In this document: positions 19,622-28,830 of the stretch, piece after piece
How positions within the stretch are numbered: the stretch's first letter is position 1
Layout: each line of letters begins with the position of its first letter
From: Bacteroides uniformis
Lineage (GTDB): Bacteria; Bacillota_I; Bacilli_A; RFN20; CAG-288
Direction: 5' to 3'
Assembly: GCA_963600815.1 (NCBI GenBank)
Contig: CAVCCX010000004.1
Coordinates: forward strand, 10,070-74,069
DNA length: 64,000 nt
Position numbers and translations under genes: made by a program
Notes under the pieces: model-generated
What the model saw: the letters and a program-made list of their open reading frames with translations, nothing else
What the model was told of the DNA's origin: nothing
Databases searched by the model: none

Positions 19622-21068
19622 TGGCAGGATAGATTTTCTTATAGACTTCATATTTCTTCTGATAGGCATCGACGATTTCTTTTTCGGGAAGAATCGTCTT
19701 TTTGATTTTCGTCTTTCTGAGAAGAATCTCTTCTAAGGATTCGGATTTCTTTTCACTGGCTAGGCATCGCAAAGCCATTCCATAGCTAGGCCCATCATTC
19801 TTTTCAAGGACGAGAAGCGGAAGATTCAAAACAGAGGACAGTATTTGAAGCCAAATTTCAGACTGACTTCCGCCTCCGATGACTTTGGCTGACTTGATAT
19901 CGATTCCCATTTCCTTTATGGCAAGAAGGGAGTCCTTGAAGGCAAAAGAAACACCCTCCAAGATAGCCTTTGTCATATCTTCTCTTTTTGTGTCCATTGT
20001 CAAGCCCAAAAAGACTCCTTTGGCTTTTGGATCATTGATCGGACTTCTCTCCCCCATCAGATAGGGAAGAAAATAAAGAGAGTCTTTGTCGGAAGGGGAT
20101 AAAGAAATTTTCTTCTGTTCAGCGACATAATCTGTCGTTTTATAGATTTCCTCATTGAGCCATTTCAGACACGAGGCACACGAAAGCATGCAGGCGAGGA
20201 TGCAATAGTCTTCATTTGCCCCATTGAAGACATGAATGGCTCCATTCCTGGAATGGACATATTTCTTTGTGTCGATGAAAATGGTTCCGGATGTTCCTAA
20301 GGAGAGATTGCAGTCTAGATCCTGAAGAGTCCCATTGGCAATGGCGGCAGCCGCATTATCCGCTGCTCCCTGATAGACCCTCACTTCGTGTTTCCAGCCG
20401 AGTTCCTCTAAGACCTCTTTCTGAATGGTACCGATAAATTGACCACAGGGAATGACCTCTGGAAAACAGGATTCATCCAGAGCAGAGATTTCGATCATCT
20501 TTCTTGACCAACATTTCTTTTCGACATCATAGAGCAAAGTTCCGGCGGCATCGGATGAATCGGTATAGAGTTTTCCCGTCAGAACGAAATTCAAATAATC
20601 CTTCGGAAGAAGGACATGACGTATTCTCATGAAAAGGTCTGGTTCATTTTTCTTCATCCAGAGAATCTTGGGAAGAGTAAATCCACTATAGGCGATATTC
20701 CCAGTCTCTTTAAGAAGGAATTCTTTTCCGATGGTTGTATTTAGGTATTCGACCTCCTCATAGGATCTCGAATCGTTCCAGAGAATCGCATTTCTTATGA
20801 CATTCATCTTTTCATCGAGAGCGACAAGCCCATGCATCTGTCCATCGATGGCAAGAGCGGCTATGTTCTCTTCAACTCCGGACGAAATCTTTTTCAGGCC
20901 ATCAAGAAGAGCTTTCTTCCAGTCTAGCGGATTCTGTTCGGAAAAAAGCGGCTTTGGAAGAAGAAGCGGATATTTCTCCTCCAGGCTTTGGATGATATTT
21001 CCATTTTCATCGACCATGGTCAGCTTCAGCGCACTTGTTCCTAAATCACATCCGATATAATAGTTCAT
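19605..21068 (-). CDS. xylB: Xylulokinase (FGGY family)
   Basis: 'MNYYIGCDLGTSALKLTMVDENGNII...SEQNPLDWKKAL' together with the FGGY C-terminal motifs. Confidence 0.8.
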   Translation of the reverse strand: MNYYIGCDLGTSALKLTMVDENGNIIQSLEEKYPLLLPKPLFSEQNPLDWKKALLDGLKKISSGVEENIAALAIDGQMHGLVALDEKMNVIRNAILWNDSRSYEEVEYLNTTIGKEFLLKETGNIAYSGFTLPKILWMKKNEPDLFMRIRHVLLPKDYLNFVLTGKLYTDSSDAAGTLLYDVEKKCWSRKMIEISALDESCFPEVIPCGQFIGTIQKEVLEELGWKHEVRVYQGAADNAAAAIANGTLQDLDCNLSLGTSGTIFIDTKKYVHSRNGAIHVFNGANEDYCILACMLSCASCLKWLNEEIYKTTDYVAEQKKISLSPSDKDSLYFLPYLMGERSPINDPKAKGVFLGLTMDTKREDMTKAILEGVSFAFKDSLLAIKEMGIDIKSAKVIGGGSQSEIWLQILSSVLNLPLLVLEKNDGPSYGMALRCLASEKKSESLEEILLRKTKIKKTILPEKEIVDAYQKKYEVYKKIYPAIKNLF

Positions 21069-21160
21069 AGATGAAACCTCTTTCTTTCTATTATAGAAAA
21101 AAAGGAAAGGATTTTTCTTCCTCTCCGTTCATGAAAATATAGATTTTGTTCGATAAAGGC

Positions 21161-21706
21161 TCATTTCAGATCATATTCCACAATTTCGCAGTTGTGGATT
21201 CCGTACGGGACGAAGTCCTCATTTTCCATATCCTGGAAATAGAGGTTCACGACTCTTGACATTCCACCATGGGCGACGATGAGAACGTTCTTGACTTTTC
21301 CATCGTATTCCTTTTTCAGTTTCTCAAAGAAGGTGGCGACTCGATGATAGACATCGAAATAGCTTTCTCCGTGCGGATATCTCTTGAAGTAGGAACTTCT
21401 CTGCTTCAGATAGACGGGATTATTTTCTCTTGGTGCCCCTTCCATATCGCCATAATATTCCTCAAGAAGAAGCGAATCTTCGACGAGGGGAATCACTCTT
21501 TCTCCTTTGATGATCAAGGCTGTATCCTTTGCTCTTTTCAGCGGAGAAGTGAAGATGAGATCAAGAGGAACGCTCTTTAGTTTCTCTCTTGCTTCCTTGG
21601 CCTGGCTGATTCCTTTTTCATTGAGCGGAATGTCGATATGGCCCTGGATTTTTCTTTCTTTGTTCCAGTCTGTTTCCCCATGCCTTGTAAAATAGATGTG
21701 AATCAT
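21161..21706 (-). CDS. Histidine phosphatase family protein (phosphoglycerate-mutase-like)
   Basis: Contains the 'IYFTRHGETDWN' RHG motif and 'VAHGG'. Confidence 0.85.
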   Translation of the reverse strand: MIHIYFTRHGETDWNKERKIQGHIDIPLNEKGISQAKEAREKLKSVPLDLIFTSPLKRAKDTALIIKGERVIPLVEDSLLLEEYYGDMEGAPRENNPVYLKQRSSYFKRYPHGESYFDVYHRVATFFEKLKKEYDGKVKNVLIVAHGGMSRVVNLYFQDMENEDFVPYGIHNCEIVEYDLK

Positions 21707-21896
21707 ATTCTTTCATCCTTTCTTGGAATCTTAGAACTTATTGTTTTTATCGACACGCAACTTGTAAAGTTCATCCCAATCCAAAATGATATCTTCATCG
21801 ATTTGACAGGGAGTTTCACGATAGTTTGTTTATACCGACATCAATTGCAGATTATTTTCATAATGCCGGATACAAGTCGACAGCTTGAACAATGAT

Positions 21897-23264
21897 TTAT
21901 TTCTTGATTTCCCAATGACCATTTTTATCGGAACCAATTCTTTCTATGATTCCCTTGTCCTTTAGTTTGTTTAAGGCTCTCATGACAGTCGTTCTATGTC
22001 TATCGGTTATTGCAACCAATTCTTCGATGGTCACATTTGCATTTCCTAAAATTGAGTTATATATGCTGTTCTCCGTTGCAGAAAGTTTTATGCTGTCGTT
22101 TACAGTAGCATTTACAGTAGCGTTTACAGTAGCGTTTACAGTAGCATTTACAGTAGCGTTTTTGTCATTGAAGCCACTTCTGTCAAAAGGAATAGTCACT
22201 TTTATTGTTGAAGTCCCAAAATCGTAGGCTTCAACGCCATACTTTTTTACCACTTTTGGAACGCCATGCCCAGTTTGTTCGACAATATGGCATTGGAGGA
22301 AGATTTTCATGAGTTCTTCATTCACTGGATGTGTCATTCCCGAAAGGAAATCATTCTTTGTCATTCCGTTTGGGATTGTGCCATAGGAGATAATCTCCAG
22401 CCTATCATCAAACCAATATATGGCAGGCGGGATCCCATCGATCCACTTATTGTGAACGACGGCATTGGTCCATGCCTCTCTGAAGGCGTCTTCATCAAAC
22501 ATTTTCTTTTCTTGCCTGACTATTTTTGAAGTATCGACATATGTCTCGTTTTGGGCTAGACAATATTCGCTCGCCTGGTCCATCGCATACAAAAGGCAAG
22601 TAAAACCGTATTCGTTTCTCTTTAGATAGTCGGATTTATCCTTTCCTTTGAAAATAGCCACCTTGATGGAATCCGTATTCTCATCGGCAAGCAAGTCGGC
22701 GATGAGATTGTACTTTCCCTCTGGTGTCAGAAGACTGAAATTCTCTTCGAATTTCAATTCATTCCAATGGACGTTTCTGGCGCCAAGATAAGTTTTGAAT
22801 TTCGTGAAACGCAAGTCAGTTTTGTTGCATGGGGTATTGACCATCTTCTTTTCAGGGATAATAATCGACTCAGTAAATTTTCTCAGGATTTGTTCGGGCA
22901 TCATGCCTCTTGACGACGTTCCGATTCTCTCATAGCACCCTGCACTGCTCATTCCGTGCTTCTTGATGTAATAAAGCTTGCTGCCTTTTTTTACAGAAAG
23001 TTTGATTATGTGTTTGCCATCAATGATAGGCGTATCGATAGCCACGAGTTCCCTAGGACTAGGTTCAATTTGATCAGCGACAATGTTTGAAATAATCAAT
23101 GATGCACTATCAATATCATTGATTCCAATGATTTCGCCATTATCTTTCACGCCAATGTAGATGGTCCCATCACACGTATTCAAAAAAGCAACAATCTCGT
23201 TTATGATTGTTCCGCTCTTCGGATTTTCTTTTAATTCAGTATGTTGGTCTTCTTTGAAAATCAT
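21897..23264 (-). CDS. AlbA_2 (Schlafen-type) / RecG-C-like ATP-binding / wHTH putative regulator
   Basis: The N-terminal 'EDQHTELKENP...IVAFLNTCDGTIYIGVKDNGEIIG' is AlbA_2-like. 'AFREAWTNAVVHNKW...EQTGHGVPKV' is HATPase_c_4-like. The C-terminal 'TTVMRALNKLKDKGIIERIG' is a wHTH. Confidence 0.75.
   Translation of the reverse strand: MIFKEDQHTELKENPKSGTIINEIVAFLNTCDGTIYIGVKDNGEIIGINDIDSASLIISNIVADQIEPSPRELVAIDTPIIDGKHIIKLSVKKGSKLYYIKKHGMSSAGCYERIGTSSRGMMPEQILRKFTESIIIPEKKMVNTPCNKTDLRFTKFKTYLGARNVHWNELKFEENFSLLTPEGKYNLIADLLADENTDSIKVAIFKGKDKSDYLKRNEYGFTCLLYAMDQASEYCLAQNETYVDTSKIVRQEKKMFDEDAFREAWTNAVVHNKWIDGIPPAIYWFDDRLEIISYGTIPNGMTKNDFLSGMTHPVNEELMKIFLQCHIVEQTGHGVPKVVKKYGVEAYDFGTSTIKVTIPFDRSGFNDKNATVNATVNATVNATVNATVNDSIKLSATENSIYNSILGNANVTIEELVAITDRHRTTVMRALNKLKDKGIIERIGSDKNGHWEIKK
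22099..22158 (-). repeat. 12-bp unit repeated 5 times in tandem (tttacagtagcR on the + strand), encoding (NATV)5 in frame
   Basis: Read directly from the sequence. The five contiguous units differ only at the last base. Confidence 0.95.
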
Positions 23265-23470
23265 GTCTGATTACCTTATCTTCCTTTGACTAGATTGTAT
23301 CATGAACTGCGATTTTTCTCTAGATAGCGTTTTGCTTTTTTCGAAAGCATTACAAAAAATATAGGAAGGCTAACAAAAATGAATTTCATTGAAAGTTAGA
23401 CTCGCATGATTATCTCTTTGTACACGCAGACACGATGAATTTTTCGACAAATTTTCTTCAAGACAAGAAG

Positions 23471-23503
23471 AAAAAAGCACCATCCAGATGAATGGATAGT
23501 GCT
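23471..23503 (-). terminator. Rho-independent terminator after purA
   Basis: 11-bp stem (agcaccatcca/tggatagtgct, one mismatch) with a 6-nt loop and a T5 run on the minus strand. It lies 23 nt past the purA stop codon. Confidence 0.6.
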
Positions 23504-23525
23504 CTTTGTGATTGCTAGACAGGAA

Positions 23526-24812
23526 TCAGAACAATTCTCTGCGGATGATGGTGGCATCCATCTCCGGAGAGACGGAGATGAGGGAGATTTCCGTGCCTAA
23601 AAGCTTTTCGATGGTGCTGATATAGTTCTGGCAGTTCTTCGGAAGTTCATCGAAAGTCTTGCAAGAGGAGATATCTTCGCTCCAGCTTGGAAGCGTGATG
23701 CTTTCCGTGGTGACTTTGGCAAGTTCATCGACATTGCTTGGCATGTAGTCGATTTCCTTTCCATCGAGGAAATATTTGGTGACAATCTTGATTTCCTTGA
23801 CGGCAGAAAGGACGTCGAGAAGCATGATGGCGATATGGGAAACACCCGAGATGTTGATGACATATTTCAGCTGTGGGATATCTAACCAGCCGACTCTTCT
23901 TGGACGATGGGTGACGGTTCCATATTCATGGCCTTTTTCACGGATGAGATTGGCATCGCTATCGAAAAGTTCGCTCGGGAATGGGCCTTCGCCGACTCTT
24001 GTGGTATAGGCCTTCATGATGCCTAAGACTTCATGAACGCTATCCAACGGAAGTCCGGTATTCGAAGGGATGGCCGTTGCCAACGGAGAAGAGGAGGTGA
24101 CATAGGGGAAGGTTCCATAATTCAGACAGAGCATGGATCCCTGGGCACCTTCAAAAAGAATCTTCTTTCCTTCCTTCATGGCCTTATGAAGGAAGACGGT
24201 GGTATCACTGACATGATCGGCAAGATGAAGCTTTTCACTGACATCGAGCAAATCATGATAGAGTTCTTCGACATCGAAGGTCTGTCCGCCATAGGCTTTC
24301 AGTTCGAGGTTCTTCAAAGGAACGACGGTCGACAATCTTTCATGGAGGTATTCCTTGTTGAGAAGATCGCCGATACGGATGGAAAGTCTCGCTGCCTTAT
24401 CTTCATAGCAGGGACCGATGCCATTCTTTGTGGTTCCGATCTTCTTGTCTCCCAAGGCATTCTCTCTGGCCTTATCGATTTCGATATGATAGGGAAGAAG
24501 GACGCTGGCACGGGAAGAGATGAGAAGTTGGAAGGAATGAATCCCTTTTTCATTGATGTTCTTGATTTCCTCAAGAAGGGAGAATGGATTGATGACCATT
24601 CCATCGGCAAGGACGTTGACGACCTGCGGATTGAGGATTCCGGAAGGAAGAAGTCTCAAGGCATAACGTGTTCCATTGTGCTGAATGGTATGTCCGGCGT
24701 TGTTTCCGCCCTGCGAGCGGACAACGATTTCAGCCTTGCTGGCATAGTAGTCTGTGATCTTTCCTTTTCCTTCATCGCCCCACTGCATTCCTTCAATTGC
24801 TAATGTTGACAT
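23526..24812 (-). CDS. purA: Adenylosuccinate synthase
   Basis: Contains 'GMQWGDEGKGKITDY', 'GGNNAGHT' and 'GTTKNGIGPCYEDK'. Confidence 0.97.
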   Translation of the reverse strand: MSTLAIEGMQWGDEGKGKITDYYASKAEIVVRSQGGNNAGHTIQHNGTRYALRLLPSGILNPQVVNVLADGMVINPFSLLEEIKNINEKGIHSFQLLISSRASVLLPYHIEIDKARENALGDKKIGTTKNGIGPCYEDKAARLSIRIGDLLNKEYLHERLSTVVPLKNLELKAYGGQTFDVEELYHDLLDVSEKLHLADHVSDTTVFLHKAMKEGKKILFEGAQGSMLCLNYGTFPYVTSSSPLATAIPSNTGLPLDSVHEVLGIMKAYTTRVGEGPFPSELFDSDANLIREKGHEYGTVTHRPRRVGWLDIPQLKYVINISGVSHIAIMLLDVLSAVKEIKIVTKYFLDGKEIDYMPSNVDELAKVTTESITLPSWSEDISSCKTFDELPKNCQNYISTIEKLLGTEISLISVSPEMDATIIRRELF

Positions 24813-24908
24813 AGAAAAACCTCCTAAGGTGTTTTTGTTTCTGTAACAAGCAATGGCTTATTACTTATCGATTTTACCACCCACAGACAGGATAGACAAA
24901 GGTTTTTT

Positions 24909-26615
24909 CTACTTCTTTTCACTTGGGAAGACAAGTGTGAAGATGGTCTTTTCATCTTCGATGGATTCCAAAGCGAGATGGATGGATTCATTCAGGCAGA
25001 TATGCTTTACAATGCTTAACCCGAGACCGGTTCCGCCGAGTTTTCGGCTTCTTGCCTTATCGACACGGAAGAATCTTTCAAAGACGCGCTCTTGGTATTT
25101 CTTTGGGATGCCACATCCGGTATCCTCGATTTTGAAGCTATGAGCATCCTTGTTGAGTGTGATCGTGATTCTTCCTTTGTCCTTGTTGTAGCGGATAGCA
25201 TTCTCAATCAGATTTTCGAGCAAAGAATGAAGATCTTCCTTCTGCATGAGGACAGAAAAATCATCGCCTATGACTTCAAATGTAATCTCCTTCTTTTCGA
25301 TTTCAGAAAGATGGCATTCTTTGATTTCCTTGATTGTCGAAACAAGGGAGAGCTTCTCTTTTTCTTTCTTCTCATCCTTCGCCTCTAACTTGGAGAGTTC
25401 GAGCATCTGGATGACGATTTCATTCATTCTCTTCGATTCGAAAAGAATGCGGTCCAAGTCCTCGTTGATTTCCTTTTTGTCGGTGACAAATCCGTTCTTG
25501 ATCATCTCGGAATAGCCGATGATGGATGTGAGCGGGGATTTGAGCTCATGGGAGGCATTGGCAAAGAAATCACGCTTTGCTTTCTCAAGGTTCTTGTCGA
25601 TGGTGATATCGCTCAAGGAATAGGCAACACCCTTCCTTTCTTTTCCAAGCCAGTCGGCTGCAAAGCCGGTGGCACTGACAAGATAATATCTTTCTTCGAT
25701 CTTCACTTCGACGACATCGTCTTTTCCTTCGATGGCCTTATGGAAGAGTTCGCTGAAGGAGGAAAGAATCGTGATATCGAACAAAGAGGCATTTTCCTTG
25801 TCTTCATAATGGAAGACTTTTCTTATATAGTCATTGACCAAGACAACATCCATCTTTTCATCGACGATGAGAAGTCCTTGGTTCATGGAATTAAGAATGA
25901 ATCTCAGTTTTTCCTGTTCCTCGGTCAAGGAATGAATCTTTTCGACAATCAGTTTCTTCGTCTGGTCAATCTGGTAGGACAAGGATTCGATTTCGACATC
26001 CTTGGGCATCTCTTCATCCTGCGAGACAATCTCTGAAAGTCGGGCGACTTCCTTCTTGAGTGGACGGAGAGAGGCGTTGATGGAATAGTAGTCCACAAGG
26101 ATGGAAAGAACAAGAACGAGGATAAAGACACCTAACGAGATGGCGATTGTCGAATTGACCTGATCGTTGATGAGGGAGAGGGGGATGGCAACACGGACAT
26201 AGATTTTCCCAGTGGAATCCAGTCCGGCGAGATACATCATGTCTCTTTTCAGGGTGCTGGAATAGCGGGTGGTGAATTCCCCGAGATTTTTGATTTCCGG
26301 ACGATTAAGATGGTTCTCCTCGATTTCCGAGGTATCGGAATCATATAGGACCATTCCGGAAGTGGAAATCAGAGTCAGACGAATCTTCTTGGAGGAAAGC
26401 TTGATGAGATTTCCCGTGTTCGCCAAAGCTTCCTCTTCCTTGTTTTCTTTTCTTTCCTCGACAAGAACATTTCTTGCCAGATCCAGATAGCCCTGCAATT
26501 CATTCTTCGTGTTTTTCTGATTGAGGGAAAACATCATGCCGATGCTCACCCCGATGAGACTGGCTAGGGAAATAAAAAGAATCAGCCCATGCCATAAAAA
26601 TAATTTCTTTCGCAT
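24909..26615 (-). CDS. phoR: Sensor histidine kinase, PhoR-type by context
   Basis: Two N-terminal TM helices, the H-box 'HELKSPLTSIIGYSEMI' and the G-box 'GTGLGLSIVKHI'. It is the last gene of the pst-phoU unit. Confidence 0.75.
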   Translation of the reverse strand: MRKKLFLWHGLILFISLASLIGVSIGMMFSLNQKNTKNELQGYLDLARNVLVEERKENKEEEALANTGNLIKLSSKKIRLTLISTSGMVLYDSDTSEIEENHLNRPEIKNLGEFTTRYSSTLKRDMMYLAGLDSTGKIYVRVAIPLSLINDQVNSTIAISLGVFILVLVLSILVDYYSINASLRPLKKEVARLSEIVSQDEEMPKDVEIESLSYQIDQTKKLIVEKIHSLTEEQEKLRFILNSMNQGLLIVDEKMDVVLVNDYIRKVFHYEDKENASLFDITILSSFSELFHKAIEGKDDVVEVKIEERYYLVSATGFAADWLGKERKGVAYSLSDITIDKNLEKAKRDFFANASHELKSPLTSIIGYSEMIKNGFVTDKKEINEDLDRILFESKRMNEIVIQMLELSKLEAKDEKKEKEKLSLVSTIKEIKECHLSEIEKKEITFEVIGDDFSVLMQKEDLHSLLENLIENAIRYNKDKGRITITLNKDAHSFKIEDTGCGIPKKYQERVFERFFRVDKARSRKLGGTGLGLSIVKHICLNESIHLALESIEDEKTIFTLVFPSEKK

Positions 26616-26616
26616 T

Positions 26617-27276
26617 TTATCCGAGTATGTACCCGACCCCGTAGATAGTACGGATCAGGTGTCCTTCCTTATCTTGCAATTTTTTCCTCAGAGAGGCGAT
26701 ATGCATATCGATGCTTCTCGACTCGACGCTGTTGGAAGACTGATAGACTCTCTCATTGATTTCTTCTCTCCGGATGACAGAGGAGGGGTTCTCCAAAAGA
26801 AGACGGAGAATCTCGAATTCCGTATTCGTGAGATTCACTTCCTTTCCATCCTGTCGGACAGTATGGCTCTTGACATCCATGATGAGATTTTGATGGATGA
26901 AGATTTCCTTTTCGTGTCGGAAACGGGCGTTGACTCTCGAGATGAGCTCGAGGATGTCGAACGGTTTTTCGATATAGTCGTCTGCACCGCTGTCAAGGCC
27001 TTCCACCTTATCCATGGTCATTCTCTTGGCGGAGAGGATGATGATCTTGACATCATCGTTATCACTCTCACTTCGTATCTTCTTCAATATATCCATTCCG
27101 GAGCAATCCGGAAGCATCAGATCAAGAAGACAGAGATCCGGCTTCTTTTCATTGAAAGCAGTCAAGAAGTCTTTTCCATTGTCAAAAGAATGAACCTCGT
27201 ATCCGACCTTCGAAAGGGAGACTTTGATGATCTTGGCAATGTCATAGTCGTCTTCGAGAGAATAAATGACCTTCAT
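26617..27276 (-). CDS. phoP: OmpR/PhoB-family response regulator
   Basis: Starts at MKVIYSLEDD with a GGAGAA RBS. It has a receiver domain plus a winged-helix domain ('LTNTEFEILRLLLENP...IRTIYGVGY'). The track ORF is over-extended to 27348, into phoU. Confidence 0.85.
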   Translation of the reverse strand: MKVIYSLEDDYDIAKIIKVSLSKVGYEVHSFDNGKDFLTAFNEKKPDLCLLDLMLPDCSGMDILKKIRSESDNDDVKIIILSAKRMTMDKVEGLDSGADDYIEKPFDILELISRVNARFRHEKEIFIHQNLIMDVKSHTVRQDGKEVNLTNTEFEILRLLLENPSSVIRREEINERVYQSSNSVESRSIDMHIASLRKKLQDKEGHLIRTIYGVGYILG

Positions 27277-27286
27277 GATGGTTCTC

Positions 27287-27928
27287 CTATAGGATCTGTT
27301 TGTCTTTATAGAAACCGCTGAGAATATAGATGACCCATTCGGCCACATTGGTGGAGTGGTCGGCGATTCTTTCCAAATATTTTACTACTAATGCCGTGAA
27401 AACGGTGTAGGAAGGAGAAACGAGATTCTTTTTGTCTTCGCTGATGAGGTCATTCAAGAGTGCCTGGTATTCACTATCGACATGATCATCTCTCTTGATG
27501 ACATCTCTTGCCAGGGAAAGATCTCTCTTGATATAGGACGAAATCGAATCATGGACCATGTTCATGACATAGTCGATCAAAGAGAGGATTCTCTTGTTTT
27601 CTTTTTCTGGTTTTCTTAAGCGAAGAGCGAATTCAAGAATATCCTTCGCATGATCCCCGAGTCGTTCGATATCCTGGACCATCGACATGATGCCTGTGAC
27701 TTTTCTTAAATCATCGGCATAGAGTCTTTCCTTCATCATGAGATGAAGCGCATCAGCTTCAATCCATCTTTCATAGGAATTGACCTTGTCATCATCCACC
27801 GGTGCATAGAATTTGCTCTCGTTGTAGTTTTCATAGACTTCCATCGCATATCTGAGATTCTTCTCGACAACGCCGGACATCTCCAAGATGAGATTGTCCA
27901 ACTGCTTGATTTCCAAATCGATATCCAT
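27287..27928 (-). CDS. phoU: Phosphate signalling regulator PhoU
   Basis: 213 aa with a duplicated 'ERIGDHA/ERIADHS' PhoU motif. Confidence 0.9.
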   Translation of the reverse strand: MDIDLEIKQLDNLILEMSGVVEKNLRYAMEVYENYNESKFYAPVDDDKVNSYERWIEADALHLMMKERLYADDLRKVTGIMSMVQDIERLGDHAKDILEFALRLRKPEKENKRILSLIDYVMNMVHDSISSYIKRDLSLARDVIKRDDHVDSEYQALLNDLISEDKKNLVSPSYTVFTALVVKYLERIADHSTNVAEWVIYILSGFYKDKQIL

Positions 27929-27948
27929 AATTCTGTTCCTTTCCTAGA

Positions 27949-28827
27949 TCAGCCGAAACGTCCCGTAATGTAGTCTTTCGTCTTCTTTTCATGCGGATGG
28001 GAGAAGATTTCCTCAGTCTTGTTTGTCTCGACAAGGTCGCCGAGCATGAAGAAGGATGTGTAATCGGAAATACGGCTGGCCTGCTGCATATTGTGGGTGA
28101 CGATGATGATGGTGTAGTCCTTCTTGAGTTCTCCGATCAGATCCTCGATCTTCTTTGTGGCGATGGGATCAAGGGCGGAGGTGGGTTCATCCATCAGGAT
28201 GACATCCGGCTCCATGGCAATCGCACGGGCGATACAAAGTCGCTGCTGCTGTCCACCCGACATGCCCAAAGCCGATTCATGGAGTCGGTCCTTGACTTCC
28301 TCATAGAGGGAAGCTTCCTTTAGGGAATTGATGACGATTTCATCCAGGATGGCTTTTTTCTTGATGCCTTGGCATCTTGGACCATAGGCGATATTGTCAT
28401 AGATGGTCATTGGGAAGGGGTTTGGCTGCTGGAAGACCATGCCGACGATTGTTCTTAAAACCATCGGGTTGTAGGAATTGATGTCTTTTCCCAAATACTC
28501 GATTTTTCCGGTGATTCTGCAATCCGGAATCAGATCGTTGAGTCGGTCAAGACAGCGAAGGAATGTCGATTTTCCGCATCCGGAAGGCCCGATGAAGGCC
28601 ATGACGGTGTTCTTTCTTATCTTCAGGTTGATATCATGAAGGACATGATGGCTTCCATAACTGAGATTGACATTCTCGCAATCGAAGATGACAGGATGTT
28701 CTTTCTCGAATTCTTCGTCTTTTTCGTTTTTCTTCTCTTCGATAGAAAGATTCTCTTTTTCTGAATGGTTGTTGGAATCGACAGTCTCGATTCCATCTGT
28801 CAGGATTTCACTATATTCTTGTTTCAT
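27949..28827 (-). CDS. pstB: Phosphate ABC transporter ATP-binding protein with a ~40-aa acidic N-terminal extension
   Basis: Contains 'GPSGCGKST', '[14 protein letters not shown]' and '[11 protein letters not shown]'. Confidence 0.95.
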   Translation of the reverse strand: MKQEYSEILTDGIETVDSNNHSEKENLSIEEKKNEKDEEFEKEHPVIFDCENVNLSYGSHHVLHDINLKIRKNTVMAFIGPSGCGKSTFLRCLDRLNDLIPDCRITGKIEYLGKDINSYNPMVLRTIVGMVFQQPNPFPMTIYDNIAYGPRCQGIKKKAILDEIVINSLKEASLYEEVKDRLHESALGMSGGQQQRLCIARAIAMEPDVILMDEPTSALDPIATKKIEDLIGELKKDYTIIIVTHNMQQASRISDYTSFFMLGDLVETNKTEEIFSHPHEKKTKDYITGRFG

Positions 28828-28830
28828 GTC

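Noticed and set aside
21731-21829. Start-less 32-codon frame on the minus strand (TNYRETPCQIDEDIILDWDELYKLRVDKNNKF*) in the 190-bp spacer
   Set aside because: The peptide looks protein-like, but it has no start codon, no RBS and no family I can recognise. It may be a gene remnant, but I cannot support that.
22099-22158. Tandem repeat considered as a CRISPR-like or mini-satellite non-coding element
   Set aside because: The units are contiguous with no spacers, are only 12 bp long, and lie in frame inside a long ORF. This is a coding tetrapeptide repeat, not a CRISPR array.
24033-24803. 256-aa + strand ORF
   Set aside because: It is antisense to purA, whose identity is certain.
24813-24908. 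Possible purine riboswitch upstream of purA
   Set aside because: The spacer is 96 nt and lacks the conserved three-way-junction motifs. It more likely holds just a promoter; TGgTAAAAT occurs at 24879-24871 on the minus strand.
26521-27321. 266-aa + strand ORF
   Set aside because: It is antisense to the response-regulator and histidine-kinase junction and has no recognisable domain.
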